31,798 nt of DNA from a virus. This document shows positions 15,064 through 23,898 of this stretch, one piece after another. Made by a program: the position numbers and the translations under genes. The first letter of the stretch is position 1, and each line of letters begins with the position of its first letter. Below the pieces are notes generated by a model, which saw only the letters and a list, made by a program, of their open reading frames with translations, did not search any database and was not told the DNA's origin. Where the stretch lies: positions 1 through 31,798 of IMG/VR virus record IMGVR_UViG_3300045988_076218; one strand, 5' to 3'.

Positions 15064-16458
15064 TTAACAACTAACTCTTTGTTTTCTTTTCCTCGTCTTC
15101 TCCTCGCTGCATGCCCAATATGCAAGTATAATACTGTCAAGCAGTGCAATCTCCATATCTTCCTTCATTGCTTTATAGCCAAATCCGCCATTGGTTCCAA
15201 TCGTCCTTTTTTCGCAATTGCTTACTATTTGTACCAATGACGGCTGACCGGAATGAGCAATATTCTTTTGATACAGCCCCTGCTCAAACGAAGCGTTCGC
15301 TGCAATGATTTCCTTCACTGTCGGAAGGTGCGAATTTTTTATTCCATAGTCTTTCATCTCATTTTCCATTAACTGCTGTCCTGACGCTCCATCTATAATC
15401 ACCTTCCTTGCTTTCCAATCCTTCAGGTACGTCAGCATCCACATATCTCCTGCTCGTACTTCACGGCAATCAATGCACTCCAGAAATATCTTTCCGTCTT
15501 TTGTCTTGGATGCAACCCCCATTGCCACATTCCCATTTTTGCTATATTTGATCCCAACGAAGAGTTCTCCTGTAAGTTCCGGCGGCACATCAGCCCTCAG
15601 CTCATTCCATTCCGTTTCACTAATAGCCGATTTCTGATTGTAACGAATCCATAATCCAAGACGCTGGATATTGAAATCAATCGGATCTGAACCTATCTCA
15701 TCAGTAACCGACCTCTCGGTGAATATTGTACCAAGAGACGGGTTCGTCTCATACCATGCATCAATATCTCTCATATCTGTCTGTTCAGACACAGACCATT
15801 CCGCCCAACCAGAATTGACCGTCTGCCCTTCCAGTGTTGCTTTTCGGAATTTCGTGAATACCGTTCCGGAACTGACTGGAGTCGGCGGGGTTCCGCAGAA
15901 TATCGTCTGAGGATTCTTACTGTCTGTAACGACATATTTCAGTGCGCTTTCCTGATCGTCCTGGTACTCTTGTGCCTCATCAATAATCAGAAGGTCGAAT
16001 CCTTCTCCAAGACCACCTTTTGAAGTTCTGGTTCGAAATTCGATAATTCCACCACCAGCAACTTCCAAGTGTTCCTTTCCGAATGCCTTGTACGAAGAAA
16101 CGACCTCGAGATTTGCTTTTTTCAGCAGATTCGAAAGTCGTTCCCATGCACTATGTGTAGTTGTTGTTCTATGTGCTGTATGCAGGATTTTCTCACCTTT
16201 TTTTAATCCATACATTTCCCTTATTGCAACAATTTCGTTTTTTCCGTTACGTCTCGGAACTGAGTACCCGAATTTTGTATGTACCCATAACCCCTCTGCG
16301 TTAACGGCTAAAATATCCGACACTAAAAATTCCTGCCATTCCTGAGCAGTCCGTCCTGTCGAATTGTAGATATCTATTGCTTCAGCTCCATACGTTGAAG
16401 AATAAGGCAGCACGACAGATTGCGTTGGGGTCTGCCGCCCCTTCCTTACTTCTCCCAT
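15064..16458 (-). CDS. terL: Terminase large subunit
   Basis: Walker A-like VPRRNGKNE, Walker B LLIIDEAQEY, and a C-terminal nuclease-sized domain. It resembles COG4626-type terminases. Confidence 0.85.
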   Translation of the reverse strand: MGEVRKGRQTPTQSVVLPYSSTYGAEAIDIYNSTGRTAQEWQEFLVSDILAVNAEGLWVHTKFGYSVPRRNGKNEIVAIREMYGLKKGEKILHTAHRTTTTHSAWERLSNLLKKANLEVVSSYKAFGKEHLEVAGGGIIEFRTRTSKGGLGEGFDLLIIDEAQEYQDDQESALKYVVTDSKNPQTIFCGTPPTPVSSGTVFTKFRKATLEGQTVNSGWAEWSVSEQTDMRDIDAWYETNPSLGTIFTERSVTDEIGSDPIDFNIQRLGLWIRYNQKSAISETEWNELRADVPPELTGELFVGIKYSKNGNVAMGVASKTKDGKIFLECIDCREVRAGDMWMLTYLKDWKARKVIIDGASGQQLMENEMKDYGIKNSHLPTVKEIIAANASFEQGLYQKNIAHSGQPSLVQIVSNCEKRTIGTNGGFGYKAMKEDMEIALLDSIILAYWACSEEKTRKRKQRVSC

Positions 16459-16475
16459 GTAGCCTCCAATTAAAT

Positions 16476-16694
16476 CTAAAACTTAATAGTTTTATTAATC
16501 TGCATTTCTTTTAAGTAAACATCTGACATAGATATCGTATTGCCAGACTCTTTGCAGGCTGTAATGTACGCAATCATCTGTTTCTTTTTTTCATCGGTTT
16601 TCAATGCTTGATAAACCGATCCGATGAAAGTTTTGTCTTTTTTCACGCTTGCCAACTGTTCAATTAGTTCTCTTTCGATTTCATTTACCATCAT
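16476..16694 (-). CDS. Hypothetical protein (72 aa) upstream of TerL
   Basis: ORF with coupled overlaps. No motif. A terminase small subunit role cannot be supported. Confidence 0.4.
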   Translation of the reverse strand: MMVNEIERELIEQLASVKKDKTFIGSVYQALKTDEKKKQMIAYITACKESGNTISMSDVYLKEMQINKTIKF

Positions 16695-17736
16695 AGTCTC
16701 TCCAATTGAAATCTAACACCTCGTCCAATATTGCATCTATATCTTCTATCGGTTCTTTATTTATAATCTTGTATTGATTATGTCCCATATTAATCGCTGT
16801 ATAATAATATTCTCCGATTGCCCGACGTACTATGCAGCTTTCTCTTTCCTCCGTGGTTAAATTATTATCTAATTCTTCATAGATATGTTCTTTTTCTCTT
16901 CCAGGCAGTGAAAGTTCTATATTTTTCTGCCATAGTTTTTTTGCACGGGCATATTCATCTTTCGGCATATTTGCAAGTTTATAATGTATATTCGAACTGA
17001 GGTTTTTTCTTTCTTCTATCTTATCAAATTCTTTCTCATATCTCCATTCTTTTGTCCATACATTTTGCTTTTTCCCGTCACCCGGATAATACTCAAGAAC
17101 GCAGTCACAATTATCATGCCTCCGGAATACGTCTTTAGGAACATCCGGATAGATATATGTCCCAGCTACCTGATTGCACCATTCACAGCAATGACCGGAT
17201 GATCTTCGTATAATTCTCGGTTTTAGTCCGGCTTTCGCATGAAAATCCGCGTTTTTCTTCACGGTATCGTCCATTGCTTTCTGAACCAGGTTTCGTACAG
17301 GTGCATCAAGAATCCAATTCACGTCATCGAAATACTCCTCACCGGAAATCCGATTCACAATACCGTCTATGCTGCCCTGTTGGATCTGTGCCCTTATTGC
17401 CTTAATTCCAATGCCTGCAGCCTCGTTCATTATCCGTTGTACTATTTCCGCATTATCTGCAGCCATGCTATAAGCTTCTGTCAATGTCGGATTGAGAATT
17501 CTGGAAGCAATATTATAATACATTCTCCCGTCAGGTAACACATTGGACGACAGATTGTCTGCATATGCTTTAGCCAATATCCTGCCAATCTCCTGTGTCA
17601 CTTCATTCGCTTGATTGTATGTGACCTTACCTTTCTGAACTTTGGCTTTAAAGTTTTTAATAATACCGCTTTTAGCGATATCATGATTAAACTGATTCTG
17701 AATCTTCTCCAGTAATCTTGGTGCAATATCCTCCAT
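16681..17736 (-). CDS. Minor capsid / head morphogenesis protein (SPP1 gp7 / Mu F-like)
   Basis: Position after the portal gene. Cys/His cluster GHCCEWC...RRHDNCDCV, typical of the Mu F-like domain. Confidence 0.75.
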   Translation of the reverse strand: MEDIAPRLLEKIQNQFNHDIAKSGIIKNFKAKVQKGKVTYNQANEVTQEIGRILAKAYADNLSSNVLPDGRMYYNIASRILNPTLTEAYSMAADNAEIVQRIMNEAAGIGIKAIRAQIQQGSIDGIVNRISGEEYFDDVNWILDAPVRNLVQKAMDDTVKKNADFHAKAGLKPRIIRRSSGHCCEWCNQVAGTYIYPDVPKDVFRRHDNCDCVLEYYPGDGKKQNVWTKEWRYEKEFDKIEERKNLSSNIHYKLANMPKDEYARAKKLWQKNIELSLPGREKEHIYEELDNNLTTEERESCIVRRAIGEYYYTAINMGHNQYKIINKEPIEDIDAILDEVLDFNWRDYDGK

Positions 17737-17748
17737 ACATTCTTACCC

Positions 17749-17949
17749 TCAAATATCCTTGTCATCTAATATGCTTTGCGCCTCATCTCTACTCATACCA
17801 AGCCGGATTAACATTCGGATTGTATTGTTGTACGTCAACAACCCTTTGCTGTGCTTTTCAAGTACAGATGTAATTTCATAAGTTGACACCTTCCTAAATG
17901 CTTGTTTTACTGCCCCCCCGTTTAGTGTCAATATTTTGTATTGTTGCAA
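17749..17949 (-). CDS. Small hypothetical protein
   Basis: ORF-track entry. It overlaps the portal 3' end by 56 nt and the true start is uncertain. Confidence 0.3.
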   Translation of the reverse strand: MQQYKILTLNGGAVKQAFRKVSTYEITSVLEKHSKGLLTYNNTIRMLIRLGMSRDEAQSILDDKDI

Positions 17950-19174
17950 GACTGCTTCTCTCTATTCCGGTCAAGGCTCTCAAATTATCCGCATTGAAAT
18001 ATCCTGGCACTGCCTGGTTAATCTTGATTGCGCCGTCCCCGATATTGGATAACATTGCAGCATCTGGTTCGAATACCGGCTCCCACATTGGAGTCGTCAT
18101 ATATACTTGATTTCTGTAGTACTGATAGTCATCTCTCAGGCAAGCAGCTAGATATCCGACATTCAAAAAACCACTGCCAAATGCCCGTTGTGCCTTTCTT
18201 GCTGTCAATCTCAGATTCTCGTGAGATGCCTTAATTGCTTCCTGAGAAGCTGGATTCTCTGTCGCAAAGCCAAGATCATCGAGCGTCAGCCCTGTTTCTC
18301 CAGCAAAAAGCGCAGCAAACATTTTCAGTTGATCCAGGTGTGGTGCCATAGACTGTTGCTGGAATTGTCCAAGCTTTGGACTATCTCCATCACCGTCCTT
18401 ATCAAACTGTAACAGACTTGACACTGTAGCCTTCCACTTATCCATTTGCTCTGCGTCCGGAGACAGACCAACCACATACTTTTGAGGGAAAGAATAAAAC
18501 TCTGCAGTTATCTCAGACCGCTTCAGAGTTCTCAGTGCTGACTCCGTGATTGACATGCACGCCCGGCTAATTCTGGAATGTCCAAATGCCCTCCGCGCAT
18601 CTGGGCGGAATATAATTGGCACCAGTAATGGCGCTGGAACATTGTCTTCGAAGATCTTATCTGGTCTTCCATTCCGGTAAATAACCGTCCAGCCTTCCAC
18701 GAAATACGCTTCCACGGTTGGATTTCCGTAGTCATTTCTCTCCAGGACTGCATAACCTTCTGTCAGTAGGTTTGTAATCGGATTAATAATTCCAGTTGCA
18801 TTGGAGCCATCAATTACTTGTAGTCTCGGAAAATCATCTGCACCTTTTGAGATATAGATAAAGCAACAAGAAGAAATTAATGCTGATAACACGGCTGAGT
18901 CATACAGGATATCCGGATTGTTCATCTGGAATATTCCTTTCATGTCGAAATTGTCATCACGGAATCCACGAAACTCCAATCTATCCGCTATCGAATCCAC
19001 AGCTTTTGCATTCCAGCCAAGCACACTCTGAAGCCACTGCAAACTTGGAGGTGTAGCAATTCCCATATCCCGTACTACATTTTTCATCTCATAGAATTTA
19101 TACCGTCTAAGTACACGGCTTCTTTTCCGATTTAACTTTTTTCTCAGGTACTCTATGCCCCTGTAGTCTGCCAT
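17894..19174 (-). CDS. Portal protein (SPP1 Gp6-like)
   Basis: 426 aa. The N-terminal pattern YLRKKLNRKRSRVLRRYKFYEMKN...WNAKAVDSIADRL is typical of SPP1-type portals. Confidence 0.9.
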   Translation of the reverse strand: MADYRGIEYLRKKLNRKRSRVLRRYKFYEMKNVVRDMGIATPPSLQWLQSVLGWNAKAVDSIADRLEFRGFRDDNFDMKGIFQMNNPDILYDSAVLSALISSCCFIYISKGADDFPRLQVIDGSNATGIINPITNLLTEGYAVLERNDYGNPTVEAYFVEGWTVIYRNGRPDKIFEDNVPAPLLVPIIFRPDARRAFGHSRISRACMSITESALRTLKRSEITAEFYSFPQKYVVGLSPDAEQMDKWKATVSSLLQFDKDGDGDSPKLGQFQQQSMAPHLDQLKMFAALFAGETGLTLDDLGFATENPASQEAIKASHENLRLTARKAQRAFGSGFLNVGYLAACLRDDYQYYRNQVYMTTPMWEPVFEPDAAMLSNIGDGAIKINQAVPGYFNADNLRALTGIERSSLATIQNIDTKRGGSKTSI

Positions 19175-19285
19175 TTATTTCTCCTTTCCACGCTTCCTAT
19201 TCTTTAGCGTGTGTTTTTTTTCGCAGTGACGGCGTGAAGATCGAGCGCGCCCATGGAAGGGTAGGTACGCCCCTATCCTTCAAAA

Positions 19286-19633
19286 TTATTTCGGTCTGTA
19301 TTTACTCCAGTCAAATGTATGAGGAAGCACCCTGTTTCCTATCAATTCCGCTTGCTTTTCGCCTCTTCTGTCTATCAACTTGTCGCTCTTCTGCCTGTTG
19401 CACGTCCAATGTGCCAGCTGCATATTTTCCAGATCAGACGGATGACCGCCTTTCGCAATTGGAATGATATGGTCAATGCATGGTGACAATGGATGCGGAT
19501 ACTTAAGCGAGAAGTCTACAGGCTTCCCACATATGCCACATACAGTCTGAGTCGCATATATTTTCTTTTTATTCTTCTCAAACGCTCCACGGTGAGTACC
19601 ATCTTTGTCTGGTCTATTTCTCTTCATCTTCAT
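19286..19633 (-). CDS. HNH endonuclease (packaging-associated)
   Basis: CGICGK...IDHIIPIAKGGHPSDLENMQLAHWTCNRQK contains the HNH motif. Confidence 0.9.
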   Translation of the reverse strand: MKMKRNRPDKDGTHRGAFEKNKKKIYATQTVCGICGKPVDFSLKYPHPLSPCIDHIIPIAKGGHPSDLENMQLAHWTCNRQKSDKLIDRRGEKQAELIGNRVLPHTFDWSKYRPK

Positions 19634-19649
19634 CTTCCCTCAATTCTTT

Positions 19650-19686
19650 CTAAAACGAAAAGACGCCCCGCATTCCTGCGGGGCGC
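19650..19686 (-). terminator. Rho-independent terminator between the late regulator gene and the HNH/morphogenesis operon
   Basis: The stem pairs cgccccgc (19664..19671) with gcggggcg (19778-style partner at 19678..19685), with a 6-nt loop. On the minus strand it is followed by tcttttcgtttt. Confidence 0.6.
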
Positions 19687-19797
19687 CCTTTCTCTGTTAT
19701 CATAAACTTGGAGGAAACAAGTGACACGTCAATCATATCTTCTTCTGTCAGTTTACACTATAGCATTTTGAAAACGAAAAGTGCGAAAAAAACGAAA

Positions 19798-20223
19798 TTA
19801 ATTTTTCATAAAGTTGTTAAACTCCATTCTCACGCTGTCTCCTGTGGCCCTCCTTCCCATAAGTTTCGCCACTTCCCCCCACGTCAGATCCTTAAAGACT
19901 TTGTACCGTATGATCCTCTGCATCCGGAAAGGAATCTCTTCCATCCACTCCTCGACCTGGATCTTCAGTTCCTCCGCCTGCCGCTTCTGCGTCTCGAGAA
20001 TGTGCTCCTCGCTCCTGATCAGATCGGCGTTAGCGTAAGTCTCGGTTGTCCCGGCAATCCCGAAACTCTGCGGCTGATACGGGAAGTCCGGATTGCTGCC
20101 CCTTACCTTGTCGATCACCGTCTTCCGGCTCTTCTTCAGGCTCTTGATCTCCGACTCCGTCTCCTTGATATACGCGCAGGCGTCTATGTAGTCATTCAGA
20201 ATCTTCTTGTCCACCAGCATCAC
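19798..20223 (-). CDS. Sigma-70 region-4-like HTH protein (RinA/ArpU-type late activator candidate)
   Basis: The C-terminus RIIRYKVFKDLTWGEVAKLMGRRATGDSVRMEF resembles a sigma region 4 HTH. It lies just upstream of the packaging genes. Confidence 0.5.
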   Translation of the reverse strand: MMLVDKKILNDYIDACAYIKETESEIKSLKKSRKTVIDKVRGSNPDFPYQPQSFGIAGTTETYANADLIRSEEHILETQKRQAEELKIQVEEWMEEIPFRMQRIIRYKVFKDLTWGEVAKLMGRRATGDSVRMEFNNFMKN

Positions 20224-20582
20224 TCCTTTTCAATCCTTGGTATATACGTCCTGTTTTCATGATACTTCTCTGCCTTCCGCACCCTGCCGAGAAGCTGCCG
20301 CAGCTGTTCCAGTGTCCTCTTATGCTGAGGCTGCTGGAAGAACTGGACAATCTCATCCGTCTCCTCGAATAGATCCTTATATCTTCTTCGATCATTCCGG
20401 CACTTATGTAGTTTCGTGCCTATCGGTCCCCGTTTCTTTGCGGATCTCTCGAACTCGATCTGGTGCAAAAGATCCTGCTGTCTCTTTTCCTCTACTGAAA
20501 TATTCTCCCTTGCCGTATTGTTTAAACTCTGGCACTCATCTACAAAATCCAGAAACATTTTTATGCTTTCAGAGTTTTTCAC
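20220..20582 (-). CDS. Hypothetical protein (120 aa, charged)
   Basis: ORF translationally coupled to its neighbours (ATGA-type overlaps). Confidence 0.5.
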   Translation of the reverse strand: MKNSESIKMFLDFVDECQSLNNTARENISVEEKRQQDLLHQIEFERSAKKRGPIGTKLHKCRNDRRRYKDLFEETDEIVQFFQQPQHKRTLEQLRQLLGRVRKAEKYHENRTYIPRIEKE

Positions 20583-20769
20583 TGTCCTTAGCCACCCCTT
20601 TCACATCTACTCCCAACTTGTTAAGATAATCTTCCACCGTATAACTTTTATACGCCTTATGTATAAACCGCCTCGCCGCCGAAGCAGACGGCTTACTCTC
20701 TGCCATCATCTTACGCCCGGACTTCCGGTCGCTCTCAAGCGTATGCCTGTCCCTCTTCCGCTTCTTCAA
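20569..20769 (-). CDS. Hypothetical basic protein (66 aa)
   Basis: ORF-track entry. The start is uncertain. Confidence 0.4.
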   Translation of the reverse strand: MKKRKRDRHTLESDRKSGRKMMAESKPSASAARRFIHKAYKSYTVEDYLNKLGVDVKGVAKDSEKL

Positions 20770-20914
20770 TCTATCATCTCCTTCGTTTGTTCTGTTCTCT
20801 TGCCTTTTTGGCTCTGAAGCCTTATAATTATCATGTTGCCAGCCTTTGGCCTGCTTTTATACCACCAATTTATCTGCAGGCCGGGTGGCTATTTTTTGTT
20901 ATCTAAATGCTAAG

Positions 20915-21088
20915 TTATTGATTATGCCGTACCAATTCTGTTTCCTCGTAATGTCGTTGTTGTCCGTTGCTATGCTCTACCCATACCGTTCCATCACCAC
21001 AAACTTCCACAACAACACCAGTGATATACTCTGCTGGATTTAAAAACCACCTTACTTTATCTCCATCCTTGAATCCTTGCTCTTTCAT
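20915..21088 (-). CDS. Small hypothetical protein (57 aa, MKEQGFKDGDKVRWFLNPAEYITGVVVEVCGDGTVWVEHSNGQQRHYEETELVRHNQ)
   Basis: Hand translation. An SD-like aggaggaagga lies upstream. The sequence character is small beta-barrel-like. Confidence 0.4.
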   Translation of the reverse strand: MKEQGFKDGDKVRWFLNPAEYITGVVVEVCGDGTVWVEHSNGQQRHYEETELVRHNQ

Positions 21089-21127
21089 CTACTTTCTACC
21101 ATCCTTCCTCCTAAACGCCCAGTCAAC

Positions 21128-21475
21128 TTATATTGCCGGCATAAGTCCTGGCTGTGCTGTATCATTGTCAGCAAACATTAAAATATCCCAATTCAGTGCC
21201 TGTCCGCAGTGATAACAGTAATCTGCTATTCCTGTGCCTGTAAAACCACTACCACAAGCAGGGCATCTGTAACTATCCGTGTACCTAATTTCAGCATCAT
21301 TAACTTTCACGGGTTTCTGCGGTATCTTCTTTTTAAGTGCGGACACCGCCGTTTCTATAGCCTGCCCCATATCAGATTCCCAATCGTCAAAACCACCTTG
21401 ATAACGTCCACCGACCATTTTACACGTCTTAGGAACATTGTTTTTTAATACCTCAATTGCCTTATTGTCATCCAT
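21128..21475 (-). CDS. Hypothetical protein with a C-terminal zinc ribbon
   Basis: CPACG...CYHCG motif pairs. Confidence 0.55.
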   Translation of the reverse strand: MDDNKAIEVLKNNVPKTCKMVGGRYQGGFDDWESDMGQAIETAVSALKKKIPQKPVKVNDAEIRYTDSYRCPACGSGFTGTGIADYCYHCGQALNWDILMFADNDTAQPGLMPAI

Positions 21476-21494
21476 TGTCCTTTCCTCCTAACCC

Positions 21495-21656
21495 CTAATA
21501 TTCCTCATCGTCATAATCCTCGTCTTCGACCAGGATTTTACAATCTTCCCACTCGGCTCCGCATCTTGAACACACATAAAATCCTTTTTCTTCATACGGT
21601 GATTGACTTTTCGATGTACAATCACAATACTTGCATTCCCAATGTTTACCTTTCAT
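21495..21656 (-). CDS. Small zinc-ribbon protein (53 aa, MKGKHWECKYCDCTSKSQSPYEEKGFYVCSRCGAEWEDCKILVEDEDYDDEEY)
   Basis: Hand translation. SD aggag lies 8 nt upstream. Contains CxxC and CxxC motifs and an acidic tail. Confidence 0.45.
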   Translation of the reverse strand: MKGKHWECKYCDCTSKSQSPYEEKGFYVCSRCGAEWEDCKILVEDEDYDDEEY

Positions 21657-21671
21657 TTTCCGATCGCTCCT

Positions 21672-22151
21672 TTAAATCCTAATTATTTCATAAATGATAC
21701 TGTCGTGATATTCACCAAGCCTATCCTTAAGTGTATCCCTTAGCACAATCTTTCTGCCATTATACTTCTCGCAAAATTTATCATAATGCCTTTCAACCGG
21801 ATTCCCGCTAACCATACCCCATTCAATTCGATGTAGCTTTAATTTGTTGATTAAATTCTCCATGATTTCGAATAATGCTCTCCCAATCAAAGGGTTTCCT
21901 TTGTCGAAAGACATAAGTCCGAACCTATACGCCTGTGAAGAATACCAGTCAATTCCATAACTAACATAACCGACAAGTTTGTCTTTACTATCGACAATCG
22001 CAAACTGATACGTTTCTTTGCATGGCTCTTCTGCTATATCTGGCATATAGTTATCACAACAACCGACTTCATACATCAGGTCATCAGTATATTGCAGCTT
22101 TTGAAATTCATGTAAGATTTCCTCTTTTTTTAAAATTGCTGGTATCAGCAT
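21672..22151 (-). CDS. GNAT-family N-acetyltransferase
   Basis: The pattern LVGYVSYGIDW...GLMSFDKGN...GRALFEIMENLINKLKLHRIEWGMVSGNPVERHYDKF...G resembles RimJ/RimL-like GNAT folds. Confidence 0.65.
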   Translation of the reverse strand: MLIPAILKKEEILHEFQKLQYTDDLMYEVGCCDNYMPDIAEEPCKETYQFAIVDSKDKLVGYVSYGIDWYSSQAYRFGLMSFDKGNPLIGRALFEIMENLINKLKLHRIEWGMVSGNPVERHYDKFCEKYNGRKIVLRDTLKDRLGEYHDSIIYEIIRI

Positions 22152-22247
22152 TTATTTCTCCTCCTCTAAATTGCTAATCTGTGTTTTTGGTTTCCAATTT
22201 TCTCCATTACCTGTCCGTTTTGCCTTAAATAATATTTCTCTACTCAT
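22152..22247 (-). pseudogene. Possible remnant of a YopX-like gene (31 codons, MSREILFKAKRTGNGENWKPK...)
   Basis: Hand translation. Only the N-terminal REILF+AKR..NGEW-like signature is present before a stop. Confidence 0.2.
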
Positions 22248-22276
22248 GTCTCATCTTCCACTAAATGCCAGGTTAG

Positions 22277-22867
22277 TTATTTTTTCTTTCTTACAGAAGT
22301 CTGCCGCTTAAGGGCAGCTATGGCTATTGCTGTATCTTTAAATTCTCCTTCATAATTGCACAGTCCTTCATGATTCATAACCGCATGCGTACCTCTCTCA
22401 ATCAGTCGAAGGTTGTCCAGGACTACATTCTGCTTATTCCCGTCTACAAAGATTAAAATTGAGCCCTTAGGTATCTTTCCTCTGCTTTCTTCCCAGAGCA
22501 CCCTGTGCTTTAATTTCCATTTATCGGGTTCGGCAACTTTTATTTCAATATAGCCATCCCTAGATACTCTTTCACTTCCAACTGGTCTATGGTTTTGCGG
22601 AGCGTGTCCTTTCTGAAACATAGTATGTTTCACTTTTTCATATATTTCTGGCGACATCTTCTTACCTTTATTCGCAGGCACATGCCCCTTCGAGAAATGC
22701 CCTTTTGTACCAGAGTTTATCTTATGGTTTGCCATGTAACCCTTAATCTGGCCGACTGTGATATCCCAATTAAATTTTTTGATAAAAGCCTCCTGAATCT
22801 CTTTGTATGTATGTCCCGGAATAAAATCTCTCATAAATGCTTTTTCCAAATCAGTATATTTATGCAT
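22277..22867 (-). CDS. HNH homing endonuclease (HNH_3 type)
   Basis: KHRVLWEESRGKIPKGSILIFVDGNKQNVVLDNLRLI is typical of phage HNH_3 homing endonucleases. Confidence 0.8.
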   Translation of the reverse strand: MHKYTDLEKAFMRDFIPGHTYKEIQEAFIKKFNWDITVGQIKGYMANHKINSGTKGHFSKGHVPANKGKKMSPEIYEKVKHTMFQKGHAPQNHRPVGSERVSRDGYIEIKVAEPDKWKLKHRVLWEESRGKIPKGSILIFVDGNKQNVVLDNLRLIERGTHAVMNHEGLCNYEGEFKDTAIAIAALKRQTSVRKKK

Positions 22868-22949
22868 ATGGCTACCAGTCCTCCATCTTTTTAATACGAT
22901 TCTGGAGATTTCGAACCGTCTCTTTCAGTTCCGTGTTCTCTTCAACTAT

Positions 22950-23189
22950 TCATTTACTTATAACCCCAAGCATAGGAAGTTCCACTTTATCACCCTGTCC
23001 ATATTCGTCAAGGTGCTTTTTCGCTTGAAGCGCAAGTTGTCCGTTATCAATAATGGTTTTAGCCACTTTCTGTACAGCCTCGCTCCGTTGAATTTCTTTA
23101 TCCAACCCCGATTCATCAAGACTATCATCCTGCAGGCGTTCAAGCTGTTCAAAAAGATAATTGTTTAAATCTGACAGTGTGTTTTTCAT
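22950..23189 (-). CDS. Hypothetical protein (79 aa)
   Basis: ORF-track entry on the consistent strand. No motif. Confidence 0.5.
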   Translation of the reverse strand: MKNTLSDLNNYLFEQLERLQDDSLDESGLDKEIQRSEAVQKVAKTIIDNGQLALQAKKHLDEYGQGDKVELPMLGVISK

Positions 23190-23216
23190 CCTTCTTTTCC
23201 TTTCCTTCCCTAAATG

Positions 23217-23390
23217 CTAAAATAGCCTATCAAGTGGACATCTCCCGCCATTCCGGGTAACATCACACAGACATTCCTCATCTACTGTGTCCTTATACAT
23301 GCAATAGTTATCGCAGATATCATCGCATACTTGTTCTATAATCTCGATAACAGACTCCAACCCTTGTTTATTTGGTGTTCTTTCTTCCAT
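23217..23390 (-). CDS. Small Cys-rich protein (57 aa)
   Basis: Hand translation: MEERTPNKQGLESVIEIIEQVCDDICDNYCMYKDTVDEECLCDVTRNGGRCPLDRLF. SD aggagg lies upstream. Confidence 0.4.
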   Translation of the reverse strand: MEERTPNKQGLESVIEIIEQVCDDICDNYCMYKDTVDEECLCDVTRNGGRCPLDRLF

Positions 23391-23412
23391 ATCGTATTTT
23401 CCTCCTAGTTAA

Positions 23413-23712
23413 TCACGCGGCCACTCGCTTCCTGACGCTCCGCAGCGTGTCAGGCGTCGATTCCGCGTAGTATCTCGCCGTCACGCCTGGGTTCCCATGC
23501 CCGAGGATCTCCTGGATGCAGCCAAGGTCTACCCCCGAGTTCTTCAGGCTCATGCCGAGCGTCTTTCGCAGCTTGTGCGGATATACACGGCACTGCATGC
23601 CAGCCCTCTTGGCTATCTGCTTGAGGCTTGCGCGTATCCCGCTGTTGTGCAGGCGTCCATATGGCGCCCTGCAGGCAACAAATAAGGCCTCGCTGCCGTC
23701 AGTACGCTCCGC
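23413..23712 (-). pseudogene. 3' remnant of a tyrosine recombinase/integrase gene (C-terminal ~100 codons only)
   Basis: The open frame reads AERTDGSEALFVACRAPYGRLHNSGIRASLKQIAKRAGMQCRVYPHKLRKTLGMSLKNSGVDLGCIQEILGHGNPGVTARYY. The H-x-x-R, H and Y catalytic motifs are present. The first catalytic Arg and the whole N-terminal domain are absent. A TGA lies at 23713..23715. Confidence 0.7.
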
Positions 23713-23898
23713 TCAGTACATTGTTAATCACGCTGCTCTTAATATCTACACTCTCTGTATACATGATTTTTCCTCCTCTTCTATTGCCTAAGAAGAGCCA
23801 GCATGCTATAATCTTCTTAGGTGATGAGCAGCAGATCCAAGTCTTGCCGGACGGTCTGCTGCTTGTTTTTTGCTCTCATGTATACTCACCCAATCCCT

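Noticed and set aside
21126-21146. Hairpin acttat-attgccggc-ataagt containing TTGCCGG, possibly related to E1/E2
   Set aside because: It overlaps the stop codon region of gene 21128..21475, has a short AT stem, and the shared 7-mer is expected to occur several times by chance in 32 kb.
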